IMG/VR virus record: IMGVR_UViG_3300018080_000001
Coordinates: 64,001-128,000 of that record
Strand: one strand, 5' to 3'
DNA from: a virus
DNA: 64,000 nucleotides
Below are positions 41,557 to 50,415 of the stretch, piece after piece. A program made the translations under genes and the position numbers. The notes under the pieces were generated by a model. It was given only the letters and a program-made list of their open reading frames with translations. It did not search any database and was not told the DNA's origin. Position 1 is the stretch's first letter. The number at the start of each line of letters is the position of its first letter.

Positions 41557-43575
41557 CTAACTCGTTGAAGCACTAAAATCACTATAGTATACCACAATTC
41601 TCACTTTCATATCATCTACAGTAACATTAGAATCTGTAGTAATCGTTAATGTAGTGGCGCTACCATTAGCAATGGGTAATTGAGTTCCATCATTTCCTCC
41701 CGGAGAAACCGCAGTATTTCCTAAAGATACACCCGCATTTTGAATTAATTCATCAGCATTTCCACTACCCGTGATACCAACATCATAATTAGTCGCACCA
41801 CCTCCAGCTGCATCTGTACATCTTACTGTCACTCCCCAAATTAATGAATTTGCAGGAGCTAAATTACCTGAAGTTGCAACTCCTCCTGCACCTTGACCAA
41901 CTGCAATTGTAACCTCTTCAGAAACCCATTGACACCCTAAACCACAAGATGCAGCATTTTGCCCACCAACAGAATAACCCTGAACAACAAACAATTCGTC
42001 CGTTCCTGGATCACTAGCACTAGTACCAATCCACACACCATCACCAATAGAAATAGTTCCTCCTTGAGAATTATTTCTAGTTGCAAAAACCCTTACTATA
42101 CCATCCTGCGTCCCGACACCATTAGTTTCACATTCTACTTCAATTTCTCCATATGTACACTGAGAAGGCGTAGCATTTTGACCAAAAAATCTAATGTGGC
42201 ATATATCACCTACACCATGAGCACTACCATTAGTCACAAATAAATAAGCATCCCCAGAACCATTATATACTGTAGTTGTAGGAGCAGATAATGAACCATT
42301 ATAACCAATAGAAAAACCTAACACAGAATTACAAGAAATACCTAAATAATCATTAAATATTCTGTATAAACCTAATCCCGTATCATCAAAGAATTTTATC
42401 GCAGGATCACTCTCAGTGCCGGGCGGTGCATAGTAATAACCGTCAGTATCTATATACGCCACATTAGCTTCATCAGAATCCCGCCAGACCTGAATATTAG
42501 TTGAACCGTCATTAGTAGATCCTTTTACAATTAATTTACCAATCGCCGGTGTCCCGTCAAAATCTGTAGTTCCTATACCAACATTTTCTCCTGATATAGA
42601 CATCCGTGTAGCAAGAGATCCACCAGAACTAGTCTTAAAATCTAGTCTACTTTCTTCACTGGCCGCTGTATGATTAATACAATAATTAGAGATACCTGAA
42701 TATACATAAGAAGTCGGTGTACTATTCATTCCGATAAAAGCTATACTAGAAATATCTGTCGCAGAACCATGTGCATTTGTTGTTAATAAATTTAAATAAG
42801 CTTGACCGCTAGCATTATATACATTCGTCACAGGAGAACTCGTACCTGTATCATAATTAACAACTAAACCAGTAACTTGATTAACCGTAACTCCTACAGC
42901 ATCTCCAAACGTGGTAGCGTTATATAACCCATTATTAGAATCACTCTCCCAGGCTATCGATGGTGCAGCAGAGTTACCGTCCGCGTATTTACCTATTCCT
43001 TTTACTAAAGTATCACCACTGCTATCAATAATTAACTTATCAACTGCATTCTGTTTTATACTCAATGCTGTATCAGAGTTATCATCCTTATCGTACTCTA
43101 AAACTAAATTAGTAGCAGTACCTCCATTTTCTAATGTAATACCTTCAGCCTCAACAAGCATAGTTGTCAAAGCTTCAATATTCATAGACGTAGTAGACTG
43201 TATTTCAATTGTTGTCGTCGCTTTAAGTTCAGCCGTAGCAGTAGATTTTAAACTTAAAGCAGCTCCAGTTCCCGTTGATTTGAGGGTAAGTGCTGCACCA
43301 TCGACACTCCCCACAACACCGGCATCGTCCCCATTACCAGAAGTATTAGAAATAAGAAGATTTCCGTTCGTTCCATTTACCCAAAAATCATTGCCACCCA
43401 TCGCAAAATTAACATCCGTGGCAGGACTTATATTAATATCCCCGGAAGAAACTGTAGAAATATCTAAATCTCCACTTGCAGAAGGAGAAATATTCCCCGC
43501 ATATAGAGTATTTGCATCAGCAACACGTGTATACTTTCCACTATTTAAAGTAATAGGATGTCCACTCGCTGACAT
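41557..43575 (-). CDS. Fibre / beta-repeat virion protein
   Basis: Fibre-type motifs 'DGNSAAPSIAW.SD.NNGLY' and 'RMSISGENVGIGTT'. N-terminus shared with 43588-45027. Confidence 0.7.
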   Translation of the reverse strand: MSASGHPITLNSGKYTRVADANTLYAGNISPSASGDLDISTVSSGDINISPATDVNFAMGGNDFWVNGTNGNLLISNTSGNGDDAGVVGSVDGAALTLKSTGTGAALSLKSTATAELKATTTIEIQSTTSMNIEALTTMLVEAEGITLENGGTATNLVLEYDKDDNSDTALSIKQNAVDKLIIDSSGDTLVKGIGKYADGNSAAPSIAWESDSNNGLYNATTFGDAVGVTVNQVTGLVVNYDTGTSSPVTNVYNASGQAYLNLLTTNAHGSATDISSIAFIGMNSTPTSYVYSGISNYCINHTAASEESRLDFKTSSGGSLATRMSISGENVGIGTTDFDGTPAIGKLIVKGSTNDGSTNIQVWRDSDEANVAYIDTDGYYYAPPGTESDPAIKFFDDTGLGLYRIFNDYLGISCNSVLGFSIGYNGSLSAPTTTVYNGSGDAYLFVTNGSAHGVGDICHIRFFGQNATPSQCTYGEIEVECETNGVGTQDGIVRVFATRNNSQGGTISIGDGVWIGTSASDPGTDELFVVQGYSVGGQNAASCGLGCQWVSEEVTIAVGQGAGGVATSGNLAPANSLIWGVTVRCTDAAGGGATNYDVGITGSGNADELIQNAGVSLGNTAVSPGGNDGTQLPIANGSATTLTITTDSNVTVDDMKVRIVVYYSDFSASTS

Positions 43576-43587
43576 ATTAAATCCTTC

Positions 43588-45027
43588 CTACAAACTAACA
43601 GGTTCACCTAAAACAATTACGATTGTACGACTAGAACCTGATCCTGTATCCAACGAATATCCTACTCTCTGGGATTCCCCCGACGTAGGAGCTGTACTCG
43701 TAACTTCACCATCTGTACCAGACATATAAACAACTTGTCCGACAGTCCAAGCTCCAACATCCGACGTAAGAACAGTGGATTTACCAGAACTTTTAATACT
43801 TACAGAAGCACCGCCAGCTACTCCAGTTTGAGCTACGCCAACAACAAAATTCTGATTTGCCGTGTCTTTATTAGCCTTAACAATTTTTCCGGTGGCTGAT
43901 CCATCATCGGCAGACACAATATCGTATTGGGTAATAGCTTCATCCGCTGTATCCGACCACACGCCAACATCAGTTATCTCGCCCTTAAGCTCGTTAAGAC
44001 CACCTATAATAGAAGTCGCAGTAAAACCACTTAAAGAAGTGTCCCCCGCTTCATTCAACGTTATAGTAGCCGCACGAGCACCTAAAGTAAGATCAGCAGC
44101 CGCTCCAGAAACAGTAAAATTGGACGCACTGGTAGCGTCCAAAGCAATGTCAATTCCGTCAACATCAACAGAATTAGCATTACCATTAATTGTTACCCCG
44201 CCAACACCATTCAAAGTAATTACACCTGCTAATGTAGCGGTTAAAGTTAAATTCGTATTCACCGTAGTCCACGTAGAAGCAGCAGCCGCATTCAAAGCAA
44301 TACCCGCTGATGTATCTAAATTAATAGTAGAAGCATCAATATCAACAGAAAGATCATTTGCGCCACCTCTCAAAAATTTAGCATGATCTGTACCATTCAG
44401 CACCTGAAAACCGTCTGCTCCCGTACCGGGAATAGCAGATAAATCAACTGTAAAAGAGTAATCACCAGTAAGATTCCAAATAGTATCATAAGCATCTACA
44501 GTAATCGTAGCCCCGTTATTATAACCGTCGTCCAAATCCCAGGTAGATGCCGCCGCAGTAGACCAAGAAGCCCCATTCCACCATTGCAAATCATTAGATC
44601 CATCTATTCTTATGGCTCCAGTTTCACCCACAGAACTACTAGGAAGAACCAGCACACCCGTACCAGTTACCCTTTCAAAACGCACATCAATTGCAACCAA
44701 CACAGATAGATCACACTTTAAAGAGGCAGAATCGCTACTACCGCCACCAATAGATATAGAGTCTCCAGAATTATCACCAAGAGTGACATTACCATTAAAA
44801 GTAGCACCACCCGTAACAGTTTCCGCACCGTCAACAGCTAAATCGCCTAAAACTCTAGTTATTCTTCCTACAGTACCTAACTTTAGCTCTCCGGTACCAT
44901 TGGCAAGAACCAATAAATCTAAATCCGTGGTATTAGGTTGAACAACACCAACATATAAAGTGTCTGTTTCAGCAACCCTAGTATACTTTCCACTATTTAA
45001 CGTAATTGGATTTCCACTTGCAGACAT
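43588..45027 (-). CDS. Fibre protein with C-terminal capsid-cement (DUF2190-like) domain
   Basis: Beta-repeat shaft and C-terminal 'VVGVA...WTVGQVVYMSGTDGEVTSTAPT...QRVG'. Confidence 0.65.
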   Translation of the reverse strand: MSASGNPITLNSGKYTRVAETDTLYVGVVQPNTTDLDLLVLANGTGELKLGTVGRITRVLGDLAVDGAETVTGGATFNGNVTLGDNSGDSISIGGGSSDSASLKCDLSVLVAIDVRFERVTGTGVLVLPSSSVGETGAIRIDGSNDLQWWNGASWSTAAASTWDLDDGYNNGATITVDAYDTIWNLTGDYSFTVDLSAIPGTGADGFQVLNGTDHAKFLRGGANDLSVDIDASTINLDTSAGIALNAAAASTWTTVNTNLTLTATLAGVITLNGVGGVTINGNANSVDVDGIDIALDATSASNFTVSGAAADLTLGARAATITLNEAGDTSLSGFTATSIIGGLNELKGEITDVGVWSDTADEAITQYDIVSADDGSATGKIVKANKDTANQNFVVGVAQTGVAGGASVSIKSSGKSTVLTSDVGAWTVGQVVYMSGTDGEVTSTAPTSGESQRVGYSLDTGSGSSRTIVIVLGEPVSL

Positions 45028-45357
45028 TTAAACCCCCCTAACTTTTTTATCTAGATTTTTTATATTTTTCTTTTTGCCTAAAATTCTGCCTTTAACACGA
45101 GAAGACTTTTCTTCCATAAATAATTTATTCCTAGCAACCCAAGGTTCCCCATTAATAAAAATAGGAGGTGGCACATAGTTTTCTAAAGCTTTTTTCATTC
45201 TTAGATCTTCAACCTCTAAAATCTCTCCCGGCTCTATAATAAATTCTTCTTTTTTTCCGTCTTCCGTAGGCAATCTAATCTTTATCTTAGAACCTGTACC
45301 ATCCCAGTCTTTAGCAAATACCGACATTTTATCAGAGACTTTAAACTTCGTACCCAT
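45028..45357 (-). CDS. Hypothetical basic protein
   Basis: ORF packed within the fibre cluster. Confidence 0.5.
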   Translation of the reverse strand: MGTKFKVSDKMSVFAKDWDGTGSKIKIRLPTEDGKKEEFIIEPGEILEVEDLRMKKALENYVPPPIFINGEPWVARNKLFMEEKSSRVKGRILGKKKNIKNLDKKVRGV

Positions 45358-45366
45358 TGATAAACC

Positions 45367-46035
45367 TCAATTAAATAAAGGTTCTCCGAAAGAGAACGCA
45401 AAAGTTGTGGCATTCTTTACATATCCAACAGATTGAGATATAGTTCCCGCCGCTGTAACGGGTGTTGCAGTTATTGCACCGTCAACACCTAAAAAATATT
45501 GCGTTCCTGGGGTTAAAGCTGCAAAACCGCCAATTATAACATCCTTGGAAATATAACAAGTAGTGCCCGTAGGTTTATTATATACTACAGATAAAGCAGG
45601 TCCAAAATTAGCCCCCGCAGCATTAGATGCAAATTTAACAGTATCTGCAACAGTATCTATCTGAACCACATCACCGACAGCAACACCCAACGGACAATTA
45701 TATAAGCCCATGCCACTGCCAACAAGAAGATTATAACTCACTCCAGTATCATCAGTATACCACAAAGAAAAACCCGGACCTCCTGTGTTGTCTACCCATA
45801 CCGTAGGATCTCCTGGAGTACCCGGATTAGCGGCTTTACCCAATGGATCAAAAGACACACCACCAAGACCAATACAAGGATCGTTGTCTATACCAAGTTT
45901 TGCCTCAATGTTTTCGATTGCTTCATATCCACTGTTTTGGTGATCTACGATCACCTCATCAACGCCATCAAGAAGACGAGGAAGAAAACTATCTAAAGAA
46001 GTAGGATAAACACTGCCGCCATAAACTGTAGTCAT
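45367..46035 (-). CDS. Capsid-fibre/decoration-like protein
   Basis: Motifs 'YPTSLDSF...AIENIEAKLG' and 'LTPGTQYFLG..GAITATP'. Likely start is the ATG at 46035. Confidence 0.6.
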   Translation of the reverse strand: MTTVYGGSVYPTSLDSFLPRLLDGVDEVIVDHQNSGYEAIENIEAKLGIDNDPCIGLGGVSFDPLGKAANPGTPGDPTVWVDNTGGPGFSLWYTDDTGVSYNLLVGSGMGLYNCPLGVAVGDVVQIDTVADTVKFASNAAGANFGPALSVVYNKPTGTTCYISKDVIIGGFAALTPGTQYFLGVDGAITATPVTAAGTISQSVGYVKNATTFAFSFGEPLFN

Positions 46036-46189
46036 ATTCTCACCATTCCATACATAGGCATACAAGTACCTAGTAGAATTCTAATTTAAGTCTAACATGT
46101 AATCTCGTAGGGAATTTTAAATATAGTACTATATAGTAAGGAATATAAGCTCAGTACGGCATTAACTATAACATAAAAAAATAAAAAAT

Positions 46190-46230
46190 ATATCTCAGTA
46201 TATTGACAGCTTAAAAAAGTGTATTATATT
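46190..46230 (+). promoter_or_regulatory. sigma70-like promoter, copy 1
   Basis: TTGACA at 46203-46208, TATATT at 46225-46230, A-rich UP region. AAGGAG RBS before the ATG at 46254. Confidence 0.75.
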
Positions 46231-46253
46231 TTATATAACACAAGGAGAAAACA

Positions 46254-46436
46254 ATGAAAATCAGAAAAACAGAAACATTGAAAAAAGAAAAATACACCTT
46301 CAAAATATATAGAGAAGGCCAATACTGGTATGCAGATATTCACAGAAAAAACGAAGAAACCTGCACTAGAAAATGGGGATGTACCACAACAAAAAAGAAA
46401 ATTTTAGAGTATATTAATCACTTTTGCAAAAAATAA
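46254..46436 (+). CDS. Small basic hypothetical protein (probably early-expressed)
   Basis: Has its own promoter and a strong RBS. Opposite strand to the structural operon. Confidence 0.7.
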   Translation: MKIRKTETLKKEKYTFKIYREGQYWYADIHRKNEETCTRKWGCTTTKKKILEYINHFCKK

Positions 46437-46441
46437 AAAAC

Positions 46442-46483
46442 ATATCTCAGTATATTGACAGCTTAAAAATTAAGTACTATGTT
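46442..46483 (+). promoter_or_regulatory. sigma70-like promoter, copy 2
   Basis: Contains 28 nt identical to copy 1 (ATATCTCAGTATATTGACAGCTTAAAAA). TTGACA at 46455-46460, a 17-nt spacer, then TATGTT. Confidence 0.75.
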
Positions 46484-46506
46484 TTATTTAACAAAGGAGA
46501 AAAACA

Positions 46507-46833
46507 ATGAAAAAAATAACCAGCATAGATGAAGTCCGCATCGCAAACCAAGACGTGGCAAACGCTGTTCTTATTAGAATCACAACAAAACGAGGATCTG
46601 TTCCAGGAATGCCTTGGTTTGGATCTAGACTACATACTATTACTACGCTTGGAGATTGTCATACTAGAGTAATAGAAGGTTTTCTTCTGGAAGCTGTAGC
46701 TGATTTGGTTAGTGAAAATAAGATCAAAGATGTTTCTGCCACTGCATTTATAGAAAACTACAAATTTAATTGGGAACTATCTTGGGTAGACTGCACTGAT
46801 GGTCAAAAACACCTCTTAGTATCGCCAGAATAA
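46507..46833 (+). CDS. Mu gp46 / gp25-like baseplate-wedge homologue
   Basis: 'NAVLIRITTKRGS.P..P.FGSRLH......EAVADLV....IKDV' follows the GP46/GPW family pattern. Confidence 0.65.
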   Translation: MKKITSIDEVRIANQDVANAVLIRITTKRGSVPGMPWFGSRLHTITTLGDCHTRVIEGFLLEAVADLVSENKIKDVSATAFIENYKFNWELSWVDCTDGQKHLLVSPE

Positions 46834-46839
46834 AAAGCG

Positions 46840-47217
46840 CTACTCCAACCTCTCGTACTCATACCTATCTCGTAAATTAGTCCATATAAATTGACCTTTA
46901 GACGGTGCAGCAAAAAACTGATCAAACACTTCGGGCTCAACATTATAATAACCGTATAAAGATTCTGGCCTGTTTCCTTTGGCTAAAAATCTTACATACA
47001 AAATTTGGTTATCATCGTCATACCCAAATTCTTTTACATTAGAACTTTCAACAGGATACATCGTTGGAAACTGATCACCAGTTTCCTCCTCTACAACCTG
47101 CTCCGCATCCTCTACAAACTGCTCTTCTTCATACAAAGGTGTTTCATATTCCTGTTGAGCCATTTTATAACCTACTGTTGAAGCAATACGCTCCAATGCT
47201 GAATCAGATAAACTCAT
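46840..47217 (-). CDS. KTSC-domain protein with shared leader
   Basis: KTSC pattern 'VESSNVKEFGYD....LYVRF...YGYYNV...F..F..APSKGQF'. Leader LSDSALERIASTVGYKMAQ. Confidence 0.8.
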   Translation of the reverse strand: MSLSDSALERIASTVGYKMAQQEYETPLYEEEQFVEDAEQVVEEETGDQFPTMYPVESSNVKEFGYDDDNQILYVRFLAKGNRPESLYGYYNVEPEVFDQFFAAPSKGQFIWTNLRDRYEYERLE

Positions 47218-47218
47218 G

Positions 47219-48613
47219 TTATTGCTGTATAATAGCCTCTACAAAACCTTTTATACCCTCACATACTAAAGCCTTAATCTTTTCTTGATTAAAAGACTCT
47301 ACATTATCCCACTCCGTTTCATGCGGAGGAACTCCAGTAGAAGGATCACCCTCTACTTTTTTATAAACGATACTATATGCATTAACATCATTGCCCCCAA
47401 CAACAGTTAATTCTACTTCAGCTTCATACGCTTCTTCCTCCACCATGATAGCATCAATAACATCCTCAAAATGCATAGAAGATAGCCTATCACCTTCTAT
47501 AGCCTCGGAAATAAACTCCATATAAACTTCAGACGTTGTATTACCTGCTGGGGGAATCGCTTCCAAAGCCATATCCACACAGTTTCTAATAAAACCGTCT
47601 CCCACCTCCACCTCTATTTTACCCACGAACTCCGCGCCTTCCGGCATTTCATCGGGCATAGCGTACTGCGCCTTTCTCCCCGCCGCTATTGCACCCCCCA
47701 AACTCTCCGTTACCTTATTAAACTTATCAGGATCTGATTCTTTCAAATCCATTAATTTGTCAAGAACCTCTACAATTTGTAAAGACTCCTCATACTTTAT
47801 TCTTTGGTCTTCAGAATACTGAGCTAAATTATTTTTCAAAAGATCTGCTGAACTTTGCACAGCATTCCAGTCCCCGTCATAAACCGCACTCTGAATTTGC
47901 TCCAAGCCCCTAGCAATTTCTTGTATTTCTTGAGACCTTGACTGCGGACTATATTTAAATTTTTCAATCTCGTCTAAAGTAAATTCCATGTCAGCAACAG
48001 TAGAATCAAGCCTAGAAATATAATCAAGAAGTTGATTAACACGATCTTGCTCCTTATCCACAGAACTCATAGACCTGTCAAAAAAAGAAAAAGCAGTCTC
48101 CAGATCCATAGGAGACATACGACCTTGTTCCGTATATAAACCGGGAATATTAGATTTATAAAATATAACTTTTCCATCTTTATCTAAAGCAACACCAACG
48201 GACTCTAAAACTTCTTTCAATCTTTCAATATCCTCTAATTCATCATACTCCTCTAAAGTCCACGCTTCCTCTATATCTTCATCCCCCAACGGTATGATCT
48301 CTTCTTCAGCTTCGAAATCAGGATATTCTTCTTCCGACTCGGCATATTCTTCAGGAACAAAAAGTCCGCCGTCCTCTTTCTGAACAAAACGTTGTGCGGC
48401 TTTACTCAATTTACTGGAAATATTAGATTCTTCTGCACTTTTTACTTTTCCCGTCCTAACACCTATACCTCTTTCAGCAAGAGCCACAGTAAAAGGATAA
48501 ACGTCCTCTTCATCTAAACTTTTTACCAGCATATTATATGAATCTTGACGAAGAATTCCTTCTTCTTCCATCATCAATTCCGCACGTCCTATAGCATCTT
48601 GTAATGTAATCAT
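47219..48613 (-). CDS. Large acidic protein, possible internal head (poly)protein
   Basis: Very Glu/Asp-rich, with internal KAAQ and RKAQ motifs. Confidence 0.55.
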   Translation of the reverse strand: MITLQDAIGRAELMMEEEGILRQDSYNMLVKSLDEEDVYPFTVALAERGIGVRTGKVKSAEESNISSKLSKAAQRFVQKEDGGLFVPEEYAESEEEYPDFEAEEEIIPLGDEDIEEAWTLEEYDELEDIERLKEVLESVGVALDKDGKVIFYKSNIPGLYTEQGRMSPMDLETAFSFFDRSMSSVDKEQDRVNQLLDYISRLDSTVADMEFTLDEIEKFKYSPQSRSQEIQEIARGLEQIQSAVYDGDWNAVQSSADLLKNNLAQYSEDQRIKYEESLQIVEVLDKLMDLKESDPDKFNKVTESLGGAIAAGRKAQYAMPDEMPEGAEFVGKIEVEVGDGFIRNCVDMALEAIPPAGNTTSEVYMEFISEAIEGDRLSSMHFEDVIDAIMVEEEAYEAEVELTVVGGNDVNAYSIVYKKVEGDPSTGVPPHETEWDNVESFNQEKIKALVCEGIKGFVEAIIQQ

Positions 48614-49182
48614 CGATTTCTCCGTCCAACCCTAGTATTAGAAGCACTAGCCTTCATTGCAGATTTTATAGTATCTTCTATAGCTTTAAGCTGTTTTTTA
48701 TTCTTTTTTTCTTCTTCTACTTTTACACCTTCAAAAGCCACACGTAAAGATTCTTGAGAATTTTCTAATTTCTTAACAGAAACTTGTACTTCTTCTACCT
48801 TCTCCGTAGTCCCCTCTACAGTACCTGTTAGACTATAATACTGTTTAAACGCAGCACCGATAACACCAATTATAGCTATGATAACTACTATTTTTATTGT
48901 TTTCCAACCATCTAAAGTTTTTCTAATACCTTCAATATTTGCACTCTGAATTTCAATATCCTTAGTTATTTTATCCAAAGAACTTTCTTTTACACACATA
49001 TGCTCCCCCGCTTTCTTACGAGCGCTCAAAGCTATTTTTTTAGTCTCATCTAAACCTTTTTGCAAAGAATCTATTTTTACATCGACATACTTTTCATTAG
49101 CCTTAGTATCCAATTCATTCTTTACCCAGCTCCAACTTGGGGGTGGAGGGGCAGAAGATGTATCCCTTGATTTCGCTGCCAT
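48610..49182 (-). CDS. Membrane-anchored coiled-coil protein
   Basis: One central TM (IVVIIAIIGVIGAAF) flanked by coiled coils. Confidence 0.5.
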   Translation of the reverse strand: MAAKSRDTSSAPPPPSWSWVKNELDTKANEKYVDVKIDSLQKGLDETKKIALSARKKAGEHMCVKESSLDKITKDIEIQSANIEGIRKTLDGWKTIKIVVIIAIIGVIGAAFKQYYSLTGTVEGTTEKVEEVQVSVKKLENSQESLRVAFEGVKVEEEKKNKKQLKAIEDTIKSAMKASASNTRVGRRNR

Positions 49183-49213
49183 AGTTCACCTCGCATCTTC
49201 CCCCGTCCTTTCT

Positions 49214-49858
49214 TCATGACGATACAGAATATATATCTTCAAGAGAAATCCCATTAATTTCATCTATATTTGCATTAGGTACAGCATTTATATCGTCTTT
49301 AAATATTAAGTCATAATTAATCTCTAATTCAGGTCTATAAGAAGCTGTTGAATAATTAGCGTTATAACAATCCTTGTACTCATCACTGGCAGAATCACCA
49401 CCATCCACAATTAAACCAATGTAATCAGAAGAACTGTACCCGCCACGATCAAACCAATCCTTAACAGCTAACTTCATATCAGGAGATGTATACTCAGTAC
49501 CCACAACCCAATTTGTTGATATAGACCAATTTTGGGAATTACCAATATCTGTGTAACCAAAAGCTAAATTTGTAGTAGACAAATTCGGAGCAGACCCATC
49601 ATGCACATGAACACCGCTTGTATAAGCGCCAGAACCTTGTGCTGCACAAGTTAATCTTATATAAGAAGAATTAACCGTTATATTATGCCGTGAAATATCA
49701 ATATTTGGTTGCCACCTACAAGCTAAACGAAAATCTCGATCTATTGTATCTATCTTAGGATACCCAAAAGTCAAAGGTTGCGCCGTACTTCTATTACCAC
49801 TATCATACATATCGTGACCCTGGTCCAGGGTAGTGGTATTCTGCTTATACTGGTCCAT
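49214..49858 (-). CDS. DNRLRE-like carbohydrate-binding virion domain protein
   Basis: Motifs 'ITVNSSYIRL', 'DM..AVKDW', 'YRPELEINY'. Located in the fibre cluster. Confidence 0.5.
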   Translation of the reverse strand: MDQYKQNTTTLDQGHDMYDSGNRSTAQPLTFGYPKIDTIDRDFRLACRWQPNIDISRHNITVNSSYIRLTCAAQGSGAYTSGVHVHDGSAPNLSTTNLAFGYTDIGNSQNWSISTNWVVGTEYTSPDMKLAVKDWFDRGGYSSSDYIGLIVDGGDSASDEYKDCYNANYSTASYRPELEINYDLIFKDDINAVPNANIDEINGISLEDIYSVSS

Positions 49859-50414
49859 TTATTTTTTCCTGTTTTCTTAACTTACTAGAACATATAGGGA
49901 TTTTACCTGTACATACAGGCTTTACTATATAAATAGCGGGTTCCGATTTATTTACACTGGCTATTCTCCGCGCCACCTTTGAATACTCTTTTTGCCAACA
50001 GCGGCCTTTGTCTTTTTCGCACAACACGATAACATCATAATCCACATTATGTGCGTCTTCTAAAGCATCGGCAATAGTGTCATATGTTAAATATGTAACC
50101 CGATTTTCTGCATTTAGATCATTATTTATATAAGTTTCTACAATTTGCTTTCTAAAATTTATATCCTGAATACCCCAGGTCTCTCCCTGTGGCGACGAAT
50201 AAAATGCGGACTTAGTAAAAGCAACAACCATATTTTCACATAAATTAAATGCCTGCTCTAAAATATATTCATGACCACAATGAAATCTGTCCCAATTACC
50301 GAATATCGCACCTGTATCGTATTTATACATATTTCTCCGTTTTCCTAGCTCCCCCCGAACTATCTTTACTTCATCTTTAACAACTTTTTTATCTTTTTTA
50401 TCTTTTTTAACCAT
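49845..50414 (-). CDS. HxGH nucleotidyltransferase (cytidylyltransferase / archaeal-type PPAT-like)
   Basis: 'FGNWDRFHCGH' (HxGH) and C-terminal 'ICSSKLR'. Confidence 0.75.
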   Translation of the reverse strand: MVKKDKKDKKVVKDEVKIVRGELGKRRNMYKYDTGAIFGNWDRFHCGHEYILEQAFNLCENMVVAFTKSAFYSSPQGETWGIQDINFRKQIVETYINNDLNAENRVTYLTYDTIADALEDAHNVDYDVIVLCEKDKGRCWQKEYSKVARRIASVNKSEPAIYIVKPVCTGKIPICSSKLRKQEKINGPV

Positions 50415-50415
50415 A

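Noticed and set aside
42911-43729. 272-aa plus-strand ORF and the many other plus-strand ORFs in the track (e.g. 9676-10122, 33341-33877, 43862-44386)
   Set aside because: They are antisense shadows of well-supported minus-strand genes, with no evident RBS or recognisable motifs.
41557-45027. Diversity-generating retroelement or invertible fibre cassette
   Set aside because: The shared sequence is limited to the N-terminal ~19 codons. No reverse transcriptase, invertase or adenine-specific TR/VR pair was seen.
46175-46510. CRISPR mini-array from the 28-bp repeat
   Set aside because: There are only two copies, 252 bp apart, each containing TTGACA and followed by an RBS and gene. These are promoter duplications.
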